NCBI RefSeq assembly: GCF_001194135.2
Contig: NC_068991.1
Location: 73,440,124 to 73,504,123, forward strand
DNA: 64,000 bases
Origin: Octopus bimaculoides
Taxonomy: Eukaryota
Reading direction: 5' to 3'
Shown here: positions 38,581 through 51,343 of the stretch, piece by piece
How the letters are laid out: each line of letters begins with the position of its first letter
Position numbering within the stretch: the stretch's first letter is position 1
The notes under the pieces: generated by a model
What the model saw: the letters and a program-made list of their open reading frames with translations, nothing else
Told to the model about the DNA's origin: nothing
The model's database searches: none
Made by a program: the position numbers and the translations under genes

Positions 38581-39420
38581 ATCTCCTTTAGCTGTTGATG
38601 TCGTTGCGAGCAGAGAAGGCAACCATCTCAGCCCTGCCGCGCTTGATCAAATACAATAATGGCTTTACTTTGCTATTCATAGTACTGGAATCTACAAAAG
38701 GGGTCAGTGAAGTGGGGTGGAGGGTATAACCGATTGTTCTCTCCCTTATATATCTTGGCTTTGACTCTCTATTAGCAATTATGGATAATTCATAGAATCT
38801 TATCGATATATCTCCAATTCTCAAAACGGGGTTGTTCTGGGAATCGAGAATTGTATTTGCTTAGATAAAGTAATTTCAAGACTATTTGCGAAGCCAATAG
38901 TTTTCAGGGAAAAACATTAGTTGATTACATCGTTCCCAATACGGAAATAGTAATTTGTTTTATAAAGGTCGAAAGAGCGAAAAGAAAAGTTGATCTCCGT
39001 TGCTTTTGACCTCAGAACGTAAAGTGCCGAACAAATACTGAAATTGATTTATTTCTGACGTAATTTCTGAGACACAAAACCAGAAATATTAAGGAAGATA
39101 ATATCGATACCAGTAATTTGTTGATACTTTATTTTATTGATTGCGTGGGGCGAAAAACAAATCTAATCACGGGGCGGCGTCAATTGTCCTCGGGTCATAG
39201 ACAAGAAACAAAAGTACCAGAGTTAAATGTAAATCCACAAACTTAAAATGCTATTTAAATGAATAATAGCTATTCTCTAATATGCGGAGCCCTTTTGCAA
39301 AAGTTACTTGACCGTCAGCTTGAATATAAAACTAATATTTAATTTTGAGGTCAAATCGTAACTCAACGAATACCTACTGACCATTTTATGCCTCTGATTA
39401 AAAAGCAAAGCAATTAGTAG

Positions 39421-39652
39421 TATGTTAGCTTAATGTAACAGTCGCATAAAAGGGGGAAATGCTACTGTTTTTTATCCTGATGAAACACCGTTTCCTGTTG
39501 GACTTGACATATTTCCTGTGTCCTTACGTTTTCAAAGTGGAGATAAGAACACCGGAAATGTGTGAAGTCCAACAGGAAACGGTGTTTCCTAGGGTTAAAT
39601 AACAGTAGCATTCTTCCCTTTCATGGGACTGTCACATTAAGTTGACAACATA
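39421..39652. mobile_element. Foldback MITE with ~105-bp inverted arms, TA-flanked
   Basis: CTTAATGTAACAGTC...GAAACACCGTTTCCTGTTGGACTT... versus ...AAGTCCAACAGGAAACGGTGTTTC...GACTGTCACATTAAG. Confidence 0.9.
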
Positions 39653-40129
39653 CTATCACTTTATCGTGCTGCTACTGCATAAATCTCTCTGAGAGATTTA
39701 GAAATATATTATTCCTATTTTCAAAGCAATTTCTAGTCTAATACTTGATCGGATTAAATTGGTGGAACCCTTCCTTCGTTCCTAGGAGAACCGAACTTAG
39801 ATTGATCTGATTAACAGAAATCAGTCTCTGATAGTATTTTTCCATTCAAAATTATAGAAACACTCTTACAGTCCGTCATTCGCTAAGGAACTGGAAGATC
39901 CTTACAATGAAAGCTCCTGTTTCTTGTTTTTTTTTTATAGTTTTCTTATATTTATTTATTTATTTCATTATTTCAGGCGATAAAAAAAATTTGAATTTCA
40001 AATAAAACTCTTTGTTGTGGTTTTAAATTGGGTCATTAAGCAATATCGTCGTTTTATCTGTTGATACTACAAAACAAAACACCAAAACACCGATATAGTG
40101 CTTCTTCTCCCTCGCTTCAACCCTATTTT

Positions 40130-40775
40130 ATCATCATCGTCGTCGTCATCATCATCATCATCATCATCATCCTCATCCTCATCATCATCATCATCAGAAG
40201 CAGCAGCAGCAGTAGTAGCAGCAGCCACCTTATAATAATGATATTCGGGCACAAAGCCACCAACACCATTAACTCATCATCATCATCATCATCATCGACA
40301 TCGTCAGTCTCTTCAACGCCATAACCATCATGGTTGCCATCAATATTACCCATCACCACCGACAACTCCATCAGCGCCATCATCGCTCTCCACCACCGAC
40401 AAACCACCAATCGTCTGCCGTCGGCTCCATTAATGGTTCCGTCAAAAGCCACCAAAAGAAATATTACTCATGCTAGCAATTTCATCACCACCACGACTAC
40501 CACCACCACCTCAAGCAAAACTACCACCACCAACAACAACAACACCAACACGAAACTATTTTTCATCATCATCATCATCATCACCATCATCATTATCATC
40601 ATCATCATAGACGTCGTCGTCGTCGTCATTATCGTCATCATCACCATCATCACCATCATCATCATCATCATCATCACCATCACCATCACCATCATCATCA
40701 TCATCGTCGTCATCATCATCATCATCATCATTATCATCATCATCACCATCACCATCATCATCATCATCGTCGTCG

Positions 40776-40842
<67 letters not shown>

Positions 40843-41445
40843 CATCATTATCACCGAACTACAACCGCAATAACAACCATTATTAACAATAACGCTGTCG
40901 TCACTACTACTACTACTACTACAACAACAACAACAACAACCAATGCAATAATTACTTCTTCCTCTACGACCTCTCTTCGCTTGTCACAGCCATTGCTCTG
41001 GCCTTCAATACAAACCTACTACTACCAATACAACTACCCGCACCACTGCCAATACAAACAACCATGTGACTGCTATCGAAAATACACTAGTACTATTGCC
41101 CCAACTACTACAAACGGCAGTGAAAACATCACAGCACTTACTACTACTACTTACTACTACTACAACTACTACTACTATAACCATGACTCCTGTACTTATT
41201 ACACCACAACTAGCGCATCTACTGCAATCCTAGTATCAAACATCGTAACCACTACTTGTCGAACTGTAGCCTATACTGCTACGAGTACTGCTACACTGCT
41301 ACAGCCCAACCGCAGCCAGCATCATCGACATTATCATCATGCCGTCACCATCATTATCGTTATCGACAACATCATCGTCATCATCAGCAGCAGCAGCATC
41401 AACAACAACGTCGTTGTCATCGACTTGGTCATTGACATCATAATT

Positions 41446-41519
<74 letters not shown>

Positions 41520-41703
41520 ACATCAAAAAGAAAGGAGAACGGGCATCGGCAAACGGAGCAAGGAAATAAATAACAGAACGATGCTTACGACAAAGTTAAT
41601 ACCAGCAACAACTACAACTACAACGATTTGGGTTGTCTTGACAAATTGGTGATTTAATGAGACCTCAAATGGGCAATTTCACATTTAAAAAAAAATTTAT
41701 TAT

Positions 41704-41759
<56 letters not shown>

Positions 41760-41817
41760 TAATAATAATAATTATTATAATAATAATAGTAATAATAATA
41801 GTAATAACAACAACGAC

Positions 41818-41849
<32 letters not shown>

Positions 41850-41881
41850 TAATAATAATAATAATAATTATAATAATAATG

Positions 41882-41914
<33 letters not shown>

Positions 41915-41962
41915 GTAATAATAATAGTAATAATAACAACAATAATAATAATAATAATAATA

Positions 41963-41999
<37 letters not shown>

Positions 42000-42131
42000 C
42001 AATGATAATAATGATAATTATAATAATAATAATAATAATAATAGTAATAGTAATAATAATAATAATAATAATAACGATAATAATAATAATAATAGTAATA
42101 ATAATAATAATAGTAATAATAATAATAACAA

Positions 42132-42196
<65 letters not shown>

Positions 42197-42213
42197 ATAA
42201 TAATAATATTTTT
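40130..42213. repeat. ~2.1-kb compound trinucleotide field: (CAT/CAC/CGT), (ACT), (AAC), (AAT), (GAT), (AGT)
   Basis: Seen directly; explains the poly-I/M/L/N/V ORFs. Confidence 0.95.
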
Positions 42214-42677
42214 TTAATGAAATGAAATTAAATATAAAAGCAAAATAATATATTAAAAAAACGTTGCATTTACAAGCATGGCCTCCACCGCCATCTAGCG
42301 TTTCCTTCCTGGTCCTAACTTCTCATCTAATAATACTGTTAGACAAAGAGAATTAAATAGAAAAACAATGGTGCAAAGCAAACTATTAAAAACTAAGGGA
42401 AAACACCAAACATTGCAGGTAAAGAAATAATTTCTGTTTTTTTTTTGGGGGGGGGGTAAAAGCTACAACTACTGAGGAATGAGAGGTGGGTTACTCTTTT
42501 AATGAAAAAGAGGGCATAGGAAAGTGAAGAACGAGAGAAAGAGGAAGAAAGATCTTGTGTGAGAGAGGGGGAAAAGAAGGGAGGAGGATATCACTTAGAG
42601 AGTAGAAAAAAATTATTTCTGATTTGAACATGTATATGTGAATGTGGATTTAAGCGTATTTAAACATGTAAAATACA

Positions 42678-42782
42678 CGTCGTGCGAATAAACGTTGTGC
42701 GAATGAACGTTGTGCGAATATACGTTGTGCGAATATACGTTGTCTGAATATGCGTTGTGCGAAATATACGTTGTGTGAGTAT
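42678..42782. repeat. 15-bp tandem repeat (ACGTTGTGCGAATAT) x~7
   Basis: Seen directly. Confidence 0.9.
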
Positions 42783-42921
42783 ATCTGTGTACATACGTAC
42801 ACACACACATATACACATACACACGCACACACATATGTATATGTATTCATCTTGTAATGAATGCTTTCGATCTAAAACGGATATATATGTTTGAATATTG
42901 ATTGCTTACGGTAAATCACAT

Positions 42922-42954
<33 letters not shown>

Positions 42955-42957
42955 TGA

Positions 42958-43000
<43 letters not shown>

Positions 43001-43010
43001 NNNNNNNNNN

Positions 43011-43060
<50 letters not shown>

Positions 43061-43839
43061 GATATATGTGTATGTGCGCGTATGAATGTGCGTGTCTGTG
43101 TGTCTATGTATACTCGTGCGTCGATATGTAATCAGCGAGATATGATAGATAGAGGTGTTTGTGAAAGGCGAAATTGAGGAAAGAGAGCTGAACAGATTGA
43201 CAGAGGAAGAAATATATATAACAGAATTAGAGAATGGGAGACGCAGAGGTAGGGGGATTCAATTGAAGAGCAACGACCTTAATTCCTTAACAAATACTAA
43301 CAAATACATATAAATTAAGAACACAAAACTTCCACAAAAAGTATTAGTACCATCAATTTTTCACACTACTACTATTACAACTACTAATGCTGCTGCTATA
43401 AATATGCGGTACTGTTAAAGGTAGAAAGCAAAGGAGGTTGCGAGACATCATTTATTGAGCAGAAAACTCAATTGAAAATTCGATGCGTCAAGAATGAAAA
43501 ATGGCGTTTGATTGGTCGTAACTTTTAAAAATGCAGACGTGATGCATTACTGCTGCTTATAAAGCTGCACTTAACGAAACTTGTGTTTGCATTTGTTTTA
43601 TTTGAATAAATAATGTGTGTGTGTATGTGTGTGTGAGTGTGTGTGAGTATGTGTGTGTTTGTGTGTGAGTGTGTGTTTGTGATTAACGTTTTTTTTAAAG
43701 TATATCTGTGTATGCTTCAATGTGCGCATGATTGCGCTTTGGAGGCTGCAAGTTTGCATCAACGTGTGGGTGTGTCCCTGAGAGTTTGTGTGTGTGTCCC
43801 TGTGCTTTTGTGATTGTGTGTGTGTGTGTGTGTATGTGA

Positions 43840-43871
<32 letters not shown>

Positions 43872-43873
43872 TT

Positions 43874-43905
<32 letters not shown>

Positions 43906-45036
43906 CTTTGTGTTTGTGTGTCGCTGTGCTTTTGTGATTGTGTGTGTCAACTATTTCTTGAAGTATATGCATGTTTGTGTGTACGTCTGTATTTGTGTGC
44001 GTGCGTGTGTGTGTGTGTGTCAACTGTTTGTTACTTGAAGTATATGCATGTTTGTGTGTATGTGTGTGTGCGTAAGGGTGTGTGTGTCTGTGTCAATGAG
44101 TGATTGCGTATTTAAGAGTCCGCATATTTGCATTAATAAAGATTGTGTGAGTGTGTGTGCGTTTTTCTGTGTGGCATTCAATGGTTGTTTCGAATCATGT
44201 GAGCCTGTGCTATTAAGTAGCTGGTAGCTGCATGTCAAAGCAAGTATTTGTACGGACATGTATGTTGGCTGGTGCGCGTGTATGAGTCTGTATGACTAAG
44301 ATTGTGTCACTAAGTGACTACAAGTCTCGTGAAATGTATGCGTATGTGTGTATGTATATATATATATGTGTGTGTGTCCATCTGCCACCAAGTAGCTCTA
44401 TGTATGTATGTATGTATGTATGTATGTATATCTCTACATACATGTGTGTGTATATATGTATGCATTTATGTGTATTTATCAATTCGTATATATGTGTATA
44501 TGTATATATACGTATGTATATATATGTATGTTTATCTGTATATATATATATACTTCTAAGTGTATACGCGCACTTGTGCATGCTCTAAGTATGTACGTTT
44601 GTGTGTGCGCATTTATGTGGCTGTACGGCACTGTACATGATTTTTTGATATTTAAAACGCCTCCAAGTATGCGTCATTCTGTATGCGTGTATGACTACGC
44701 TTGTATATGTGTGCGGAGGTGCTTAAGTGGTTGTGATTAATGTATGCGTACCTATATGTTTGGTTACTTGTTGGAGTCTATAAACGAGGTTATTTCTGCA
44801 TGTGTATGTTTGTGTGCGTGTTTCGATAAACATAATGTAAACGTGTCGTTTGTAGTAAAACGCCAACGTTGCATATTTTGTATTTTCGCTAAAGCATTTC
44901 AGTTACATTTATATACATAGACACATGTATGGATGCGTGATTAAGGGACTTGTGTCACATGTGGTGATCAACATCCTGTTGTTTCTCTTTTGTGAAGCAA
45001 AACCATGCAGAAACTGCTGCTATAAACAAATATACA

Positions 45037-45077
<41 letters not shown>

Positions 45078-45201
45078 AGTAATTATCTATATGTAAGTAA
45101 CTATTTGGACCTTGGGGATATGTTTAGTAGTATGCTGTTTGTAGCACATTTTCACTGGATCTACGTCAGATATTCCGCTATAGTAGAAGATACTTGTGTG
45201 C

Positions 45202-45233
<32 letters not shown>

Positions 45234-45446
45234 NNNNNNNNNNNNNNNNNNNNNNNNNNNNNNNNNNNNNNNNNNNNNNNGATCTTATATACACATGCAC
45301 ACACTCACAATATATGTATATTATTGTTATTGTTACTTGTCAGAGCTTTCAGTCTTGCTTGCTTTGGTTGGTTCTGTGGGAGCGGACAGAAACTTGTTGC
45401 CAGCACTCCGACTGCGTCTCATTCTGCAAATGATAAGCTTTGGTAC

Positions 45447-45503
45447 CTGAATGTTAACTCATCGTGGAAGACACCCGGCACCCAAGCACCAAACCGAAGT
45501 TCT
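45447..45503 (-). CDS. Candidate 57-nt phase 2-2 coding exon, ELRFGAWVPGVFHDELTF, unknown product
   Basis: Acceptor AACTATTCAG|, donor CAG|GTACCA, a single open frame, raised GC. No homology recognised. Confidence 0.3.
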
Positions 45504-46217
45504 CTGAATAGTTAATCTGCGTCTCACGTCAATACTCAAACGATTGAAGTGTAGCAAGGTTAGAATATAAACAGAAAAAATATTCTTAATCATATCGAAA
45601 TGAGATTAGTGAATGAGATTTCATAGCTGCTTAAAAACTAGCAATAAAATGCGTCACACGTTCTACATTCAATTGCTGGACGCACCCCAGGGTTTGTGAC
45701 AGCTTTAAAGACTTTCTCCTGTCTTGCCACTTAACTTGCCAAATTTAATTAAGTGTTCCTAATGTGCCTTTCGCAATGCATGCCGGTATGCACATGTGCG
45801 TATATGCTGTATGACTGTGGTGATTATGTATGTTCAGTATTATATGGAAAGCACGCTAAACCAATGACAGTGACTAGTTTTAATGCAGTTTAGTATTCAT
45901 GAATAATTGAACGTGCTGCTTTTTAATCTTTTTCCATATTTTAGTGTATGACAAACACATTATATGGAAATCGTCTCATTTGGCTCTTTGATAGCAATTA
46001 AAGTATATGCAAAAATTCGCGAATTCTGATCACTTGGTTCAACATTGAAAAAGGCTATATCAAAATAGAGTACTTCTCCGAGAGACAAAGATCACAACTT
46101 TCAGTGTAATTAACGTAAGGTACTGAACGTTCTGTAACTAGTCACTCGATTTTACAATTTTTTAAATTGTCATGCTTTATTTCTATAGTCTTGATGTGAA
46201 ATGTCTTTCTGATTAGA

Positions 46218-46248
<31 letters not shown>

Positions 46249-46541
46249 NNNNNNNNNNNNNNNNNNNNNNNNNNNNNNNNNNNNNNNNNNNNNNNNNNNN
46301 NNNNNNNNNNNNNNNNNNNNNNNGAGAGAGAGAGCCAAACAGGCAGAGACAGAAAGAGATAGCTTTATTATCTGTGTGTATATATACATATACATATATG
46401 CATCTTATACATATATAAATATACGTGATATCAATATGTATATACATGACGTACATGTATGTATATGTTAATAATGTGTATACGTCTCTTTACGTATGTA
46501 CATATGTGGCAACGCATATCTATGTGTGTTCGTACGTGTGT

Positions 46542-46596
<55 letters not shown>

Positions 46597-47706
46597 TGTT
46601 TGTATTTGTGTGCTGTATTACGTGGAAGTATTTGTTTGCCTGCAAACAGGAATCTATCTTCAATAAGAAACTATTTAAATCGACAAGAATGGGAATTTCT
46701 CATAATTTTCATTTGTTTACCATTCTACAAAGCTGATCAGATAATTTTCTTCTAATGTTAGCCTCAGAACTTCCTGTTCCACCATCTGTTTTTTTTTCTT
46801 TTTCTTTTTCTTTTCTCTATCAATTTCTTATTCAGCTCTATAATCATAAATACTACTACAAACTCCACAACCGTCGTCGTCATCATCGTCATCTTCCTAC
46901 TCCTCCTTCCCTCTTCATCATCACCATCATCACTGTTATCATCATCTTCTGTTACGTTGCAGTCTAATTCCTTGTAGAAACTGGTTTTGTTTTAATACAG
47001 ATAATCTACATTGTGCTATTACACCAAGATATTAATCAATTGAAGTAAGACTTTGCCGGAGAGAAAAACCAAGCTAATTTATTCCACAACCTAGTTTCCA
47101 TATTTTAATTATACTTATTTCAGAAAATGTCGTATTCAAAATTTTCCCAATCGTGCCTTCTTCATAAGATAAAGTTAATATGTGCAAAATTGTTTTATTC
47201 AATTAAATTTATACTTCTGGTGACAAAAAATTTGATGAAACTTTATAATAATCCTTGTCATTAAAAGGAAGAGAGGAAACTCCTCCGTAGTTAGAGTAAC
47301 AACTCTATACATATTTCAGTTTTATTAGGTCTCCTCAGCGATTAATAGTCATGCAGTATTTTTGCCACACATATTTCTATTCAATGTGCATATAGAAAAT
47401 ATCATTCTATTTTGTTAAGGGATATATATTAAAATCTTTTACTATTTTCTTTCTCGTAGTGTATCAAAAATATAAAATATATACAGATATAAGGAAATTA
47501 TGATGTAATTTCATTTAGATTTAGTGTTTTTTGCATCTTTGATATATGTGTATATATAAATATGAAAATATATAGATATCAATATTAATGTATTTATTTA
47601 TATATATATATATATATACATATACATACGTACGTACATACATACATACATACGTACATATATACATATATACATATATACATACATATGTATATATATA
47701 TATATG

Positions 47707-47772
<66 letters not shown>

Positions 47773-49453
47773 GTGCAAAGTGTTTAATTTTAATATCGTA
47801 AAACATAGGTGACATTGGAAAATTGGAAATATATCATTGTAAATACATTATACTTTAATATATAAAGTAATGCTAAGTATTGTTAGCTTTTGTAATAACC
47901 ATATTGGTTTTAATGTATTCTGACTGAAGACAGAATATATATGTATTTCAGTTTAAGCGCAATATTGACAAAAGGGGGTGGGTGTGATATATATTTCTAT
48001 GTATTAGAAAACAGAGAATAAAATTTATAAACAATAATATTTATAAATATATGTAAAAGTACGTTAGATGGTTATAAAATTATAAAATCATAATTGAAAC
48101 TTAAGTTATCTAAATATCTGAAATGATGATAAGATAATATCTATGTTTATAAGAATTATTGAATATAATCCAATTTTATGAGGATAGGTTAAGTTAAGTG
48201 TGAGTACGAATATCTAAACATATATATGATATTTGCTTTATTAGATAGAGTCTAAATGTGTCACAACTAATGATTAATTTTGATAACATGATATCTTTGA
48301 ACTACTTCAACATATATACTAGTTTAAACAAAGGGATGGTTTGCTATGGAGAGGATATTAATAACTTAGTTATTAATAGTTTATAGTCATTAGTTTCAAA
48401 TTTCTACTCGTCTAGTAAACGCTTTCGTCTGATCTTGATATTGTGATTGAAACTGAAATATCGGCATCATGGACGATGCACTTAATAACACAGAAAGCTG
48501 TTAAGTTTTAAGTTTATTTCTCGAATTGTCAAAATATTCGCCACCATTGTGACTTGGTTGCTGACACAAACTCAAACTAGTAGAAATGTCGACACCTTGC
48601 GAAATAATTTAAAATTTAGAGTAAATGAAACATGTTTAATAGTTGTAATCCTATAGTCATTTACAATAATTTGTGGACTGGTTACGTAATGATTGCTTAA
48701 CTAAAGTTAACACTAAATCTAACATAACTTTCCATGTTTACATGGATATTTTGGTGTAAAATTAGGTGTACGTTAAGGGTAGAATTTTGCAGAGGCAACA
48801 GTGTGAGACTTGTGTAAGTATTATTAATATTAAAGGGGTTGTATTATTATTATTAGTTCTATAACAGGAAGGAGTAAATATACAAATGTAAACCTGTGAA
48901 GTAATTCAGTACAATCTTGTAATGGGAAAATGTATAATGGGATCTGCAGTGGCAGAGATGTAAAATTATTTAGCGCGAAGGTTCACCTTAATGGAGTGAA
49001 ATATCATTAAACCGCCTCGGTACACACATATGTACAGTAATACATACATAGATACATACATGCCTACATATGCGTGTATATTTGTATGTGTGTTTGGTAT
49101 GTATGCGTTAGAGAATGTAAGAATTACATTATGTAGCTAAAAAGGCGACAGATCTGATTCTGAGAAAAAGATGGAAAAATCATCGTGTCTTGACAAAGGA
49201 GATAGGTATACCCTTAAATGTCATATGTGTTATATCATGTGTAGATCATATTTTTGAATTGTTGAGAATTTTTACATGTTTTAAATAAGCAAGACGTCAT
49301 CAATTTAGGGTATGGTTAAGAAGAAATATTTTGTACAAGAGTATTCCATAATTCCGTATTTTATAGTTGAGTTCTTTCTTTCAGGTTGTATTTAACGATA
49401 TTATTTACATTATTTACATTTGACGGATATTTGCCCTCATCTTGTTTGTTGTT

Positions 49454-49499
49454 AACACAACCTTTCGGCAGATGTACCCTCCAGCCTTCATCAGGTGTC
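49454..49499 (-). ncRNA. Minimal type I hammerhead (H1), mutated (GAAAG instead of GAAAC; stem II mismatch)
   Basis: GACAC-CUGAUGA-A-GGCUG gaggguacau CUGCC-GAA-AG GU U-GUGUU. Confidence 0.7.
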
Positions 49500-49547
49500 T
49501 TGGGGGAAATTTAGAACCTGGGTTCTCATTCCTAAGGTATTTTTCGA

Positions 49548-49601
<54 letters not shown>

Positions 49602-49631
49602 TATTATTATTATTATTATTACTATTATTAC

Positions 49632-49702
<71 letters not shown>

Positions 49703-49703
<1 letters not shown>

Positions 49704-50107
49704 AAAAGATATGCGGCCCATATGACATCAGGAGAGTATTCAAGAGTAATACAACGCTTCGCAAATATCTTCTTCGGGTAAAACCACCAATAGAAGAGAA
49801 TATGACCAAAAACTGCGTGTACTCCATCCCATGCAGCTATGGTAGGTTATACAAAAGTGAAGCATGACGCCCCCTCAAAATAAGGGTAGAGGAACATTGC
49901 AAAGGTGTGACACGAGGAGATATTGGTAAATCGGGTATAGCTGATCATGTATGGAACAATGGAGACTACCTCCTCCTGTGGGATGAAGTTAAAATAATAG
50001 ACAGAGGACACCATTGGAAAATACGAAAACTAAAAGAAGCAGCACATAAGTTAGGACGCAACAACCTCCTAAACAGACCGAGTTCAGATATGAATAGCAT
50101 ATGGTAA
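49703..50107 (+). pseudogene. Penelope-type GIY-YIG endonuclease C-terminal fragment, one internal stop (49865-49867)
   Basis: KICGPYDIRRVFKSNTTLRKYLLRVKPPIEENMTKNCVYSIPCSYGRLYKSEA*RPLKIRVEEHCKG...KSGIADHVW...WDEVKIID...WKIRKLKEA...NLLNR matches the VY.IPC.CG..Y.GET.R....R..EH..S.+A.H pattern of PLE endonucleases. Confidence 0.92.
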
Positions 50108-50180
50108 CTGGTATTAAGGAAGGATAGAAAAAAAATATTAGATTTATAAGCCCTAAAATTCACTCCATAATTGCCCACGG

Positions 50181-50245
50181 GTATATGGCGTACTGGTTAA
50201 GAGCGTGGGCTACTAACTCCAAGATTCCGAGCTCAATTCCACGCA
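50181..50245 (+). promoter_or_regulatory. tRNA-derived Pol III internal promoter (A and B boxes), not a functional tRNA
   Basis: A-box-like TGGCGTACTGGTTAAG, anticodon-arm-like TGGGCTACTAACTCCA, B-box-like GAGCTCAATTCC. Confidence 0.75.
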
Positions 50246-50306
50246 TAATAATAATAGCATCGAAAAATACCTTAGGAATGAGACCCCAGGTTCGAAATTT
50301 CCCCAA

Positions 50307-50352
50307 GATACCTGATGAAAGCTGGAGGGTATATCAGCCGAAACATTGTGGT
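50307..50352 (+). ncRNA. Minimal type I hammerhead (H1), mutated (ACAU instead of ACGU)
   Basis: GAUAC-CUGAUGA-A-AGCUG gaggguauau CAGCC-GAA-AC AU U-GUGGU. Confidence 0.7.
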
Positions 50353-50959
50353 AACAACAAAGAAGATGAGGACAAATATCCGTCAAATGTAAATAATGTA
50401 CATAATTCCTCATCTCTTAAATTTAGTACTGTATTTAACGATTCTCATTTTTTTTATGTATGACAGATATATTGTTAGTTTCTAAACCATATTTGTATGT
50501 CTTATCTTGAAACTTATGAGCTGTTATTTGGATAAGTGGAGTTAAAAATGACATCTGGTGTTAAGAGTCTTCAAATTTAATTAGTATCAGGTAGAAATAA
50601 CTAAATATTGCAAGAAAAAATTGCATAATAGAATATGATATTTTATGATGTGTATTATACGAAGTAAACTGTTTGTTCAATAGATTAAGTACATTTTTGA
50701 AATTTGTCTGGCTACAGTTTAGTTATAATGGAAGAATATAAAACGATATTATATTTCTTCTGCTCCTAATTTTTCTATGTAAAATAGTTTCTAGAAATCG
50801 TGTTTTCTATTAAAATTCATTGACAATGTTGCTATCATTCTAATAAATATGTTGTCATTAGAGATTTAACAGATTCTATCTCCATAATAAATCACCGAAT
50901 TTCATGTATATTTTGTTTATTTACAGTCACAATAATACTATCGTTACATTTTTATATCT

Positions 50960-51170
50960 GCACTTGTTTCGGAAATTTCGACTGCGGCTATGCTGGAGCA
51001 CCACTCCCACTTCAATGGTTAAGTCATACGAATCAACTTCAGTATTTGTTTCGCTTTTAAAGTTTGGTAATTATCCTACCGCCGTCTTATTCGGAAACTG
51101 TGAGTTACTGGGACGTGAAGAAATCAACACCGGTTGAAGAGCGATGGGGAGGATGACGAAACACAACCAC
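50960..51170 (-). mobile_element. S1 SINE tail, inverted
   Basis: GACTGCGGCTATGCTGGAGCACCAC...AAATCAACACCGGTT...GCGATGGGGAGG. Confidence 0.7.
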
Positions 51171-51210
51171 ACACACACATACATATGTATATATGTATAT
51201 ATATTTATAT

Positions 51211-51343
51211 GAGTGACTGCGTGATAAGAAGCTTGCTTTCCCACCACGTGGTCCCGTGTTCAGTCCCACTGCCTGAGACCTTGGGCAAGTGTCTTCTGCC
51301 TTGTGAGTGGATTTCGTACACGGAAACTAAAAGAAGCCCGTCC
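51211..51343 (+). mobile_element. S1 SINE head
   Basis: AAGAAGCTTGCTTTCCCACCACGTGGTCCCGTGTTCAGTCCCACTGC...CCTTGGGCAAGTGTCTTC...GGAAACTAAAAGAAGCCCGTC. Confidence 0.9.

Larger units (their letters stand above)
49400..50429 (+). mobile_element. 5'-truncated Penelope-like element: inverted terminal repeat, (ATT)n, GIY-YIG endonuclease remnant, tRNA-like head, direct terminal repeat
   Basis: 49401-49550 is the reverse complement of 50258-50407. Flanked by TGTATTTAACGAT at 49387-49399 and 50430-50442. Confidence 0.9.

Noticed and set aside
32561-42782. Short tandem arrays as CRISPR
   Set aside because: No unique spacers, no cas genes, eukaryotic context
50181-50245. Functional tRNA gene
   Set aside because: No acceptor stem and a degenerate T arm; it is a tRNA-derived head. 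The same applies to the S1-S3 heads.
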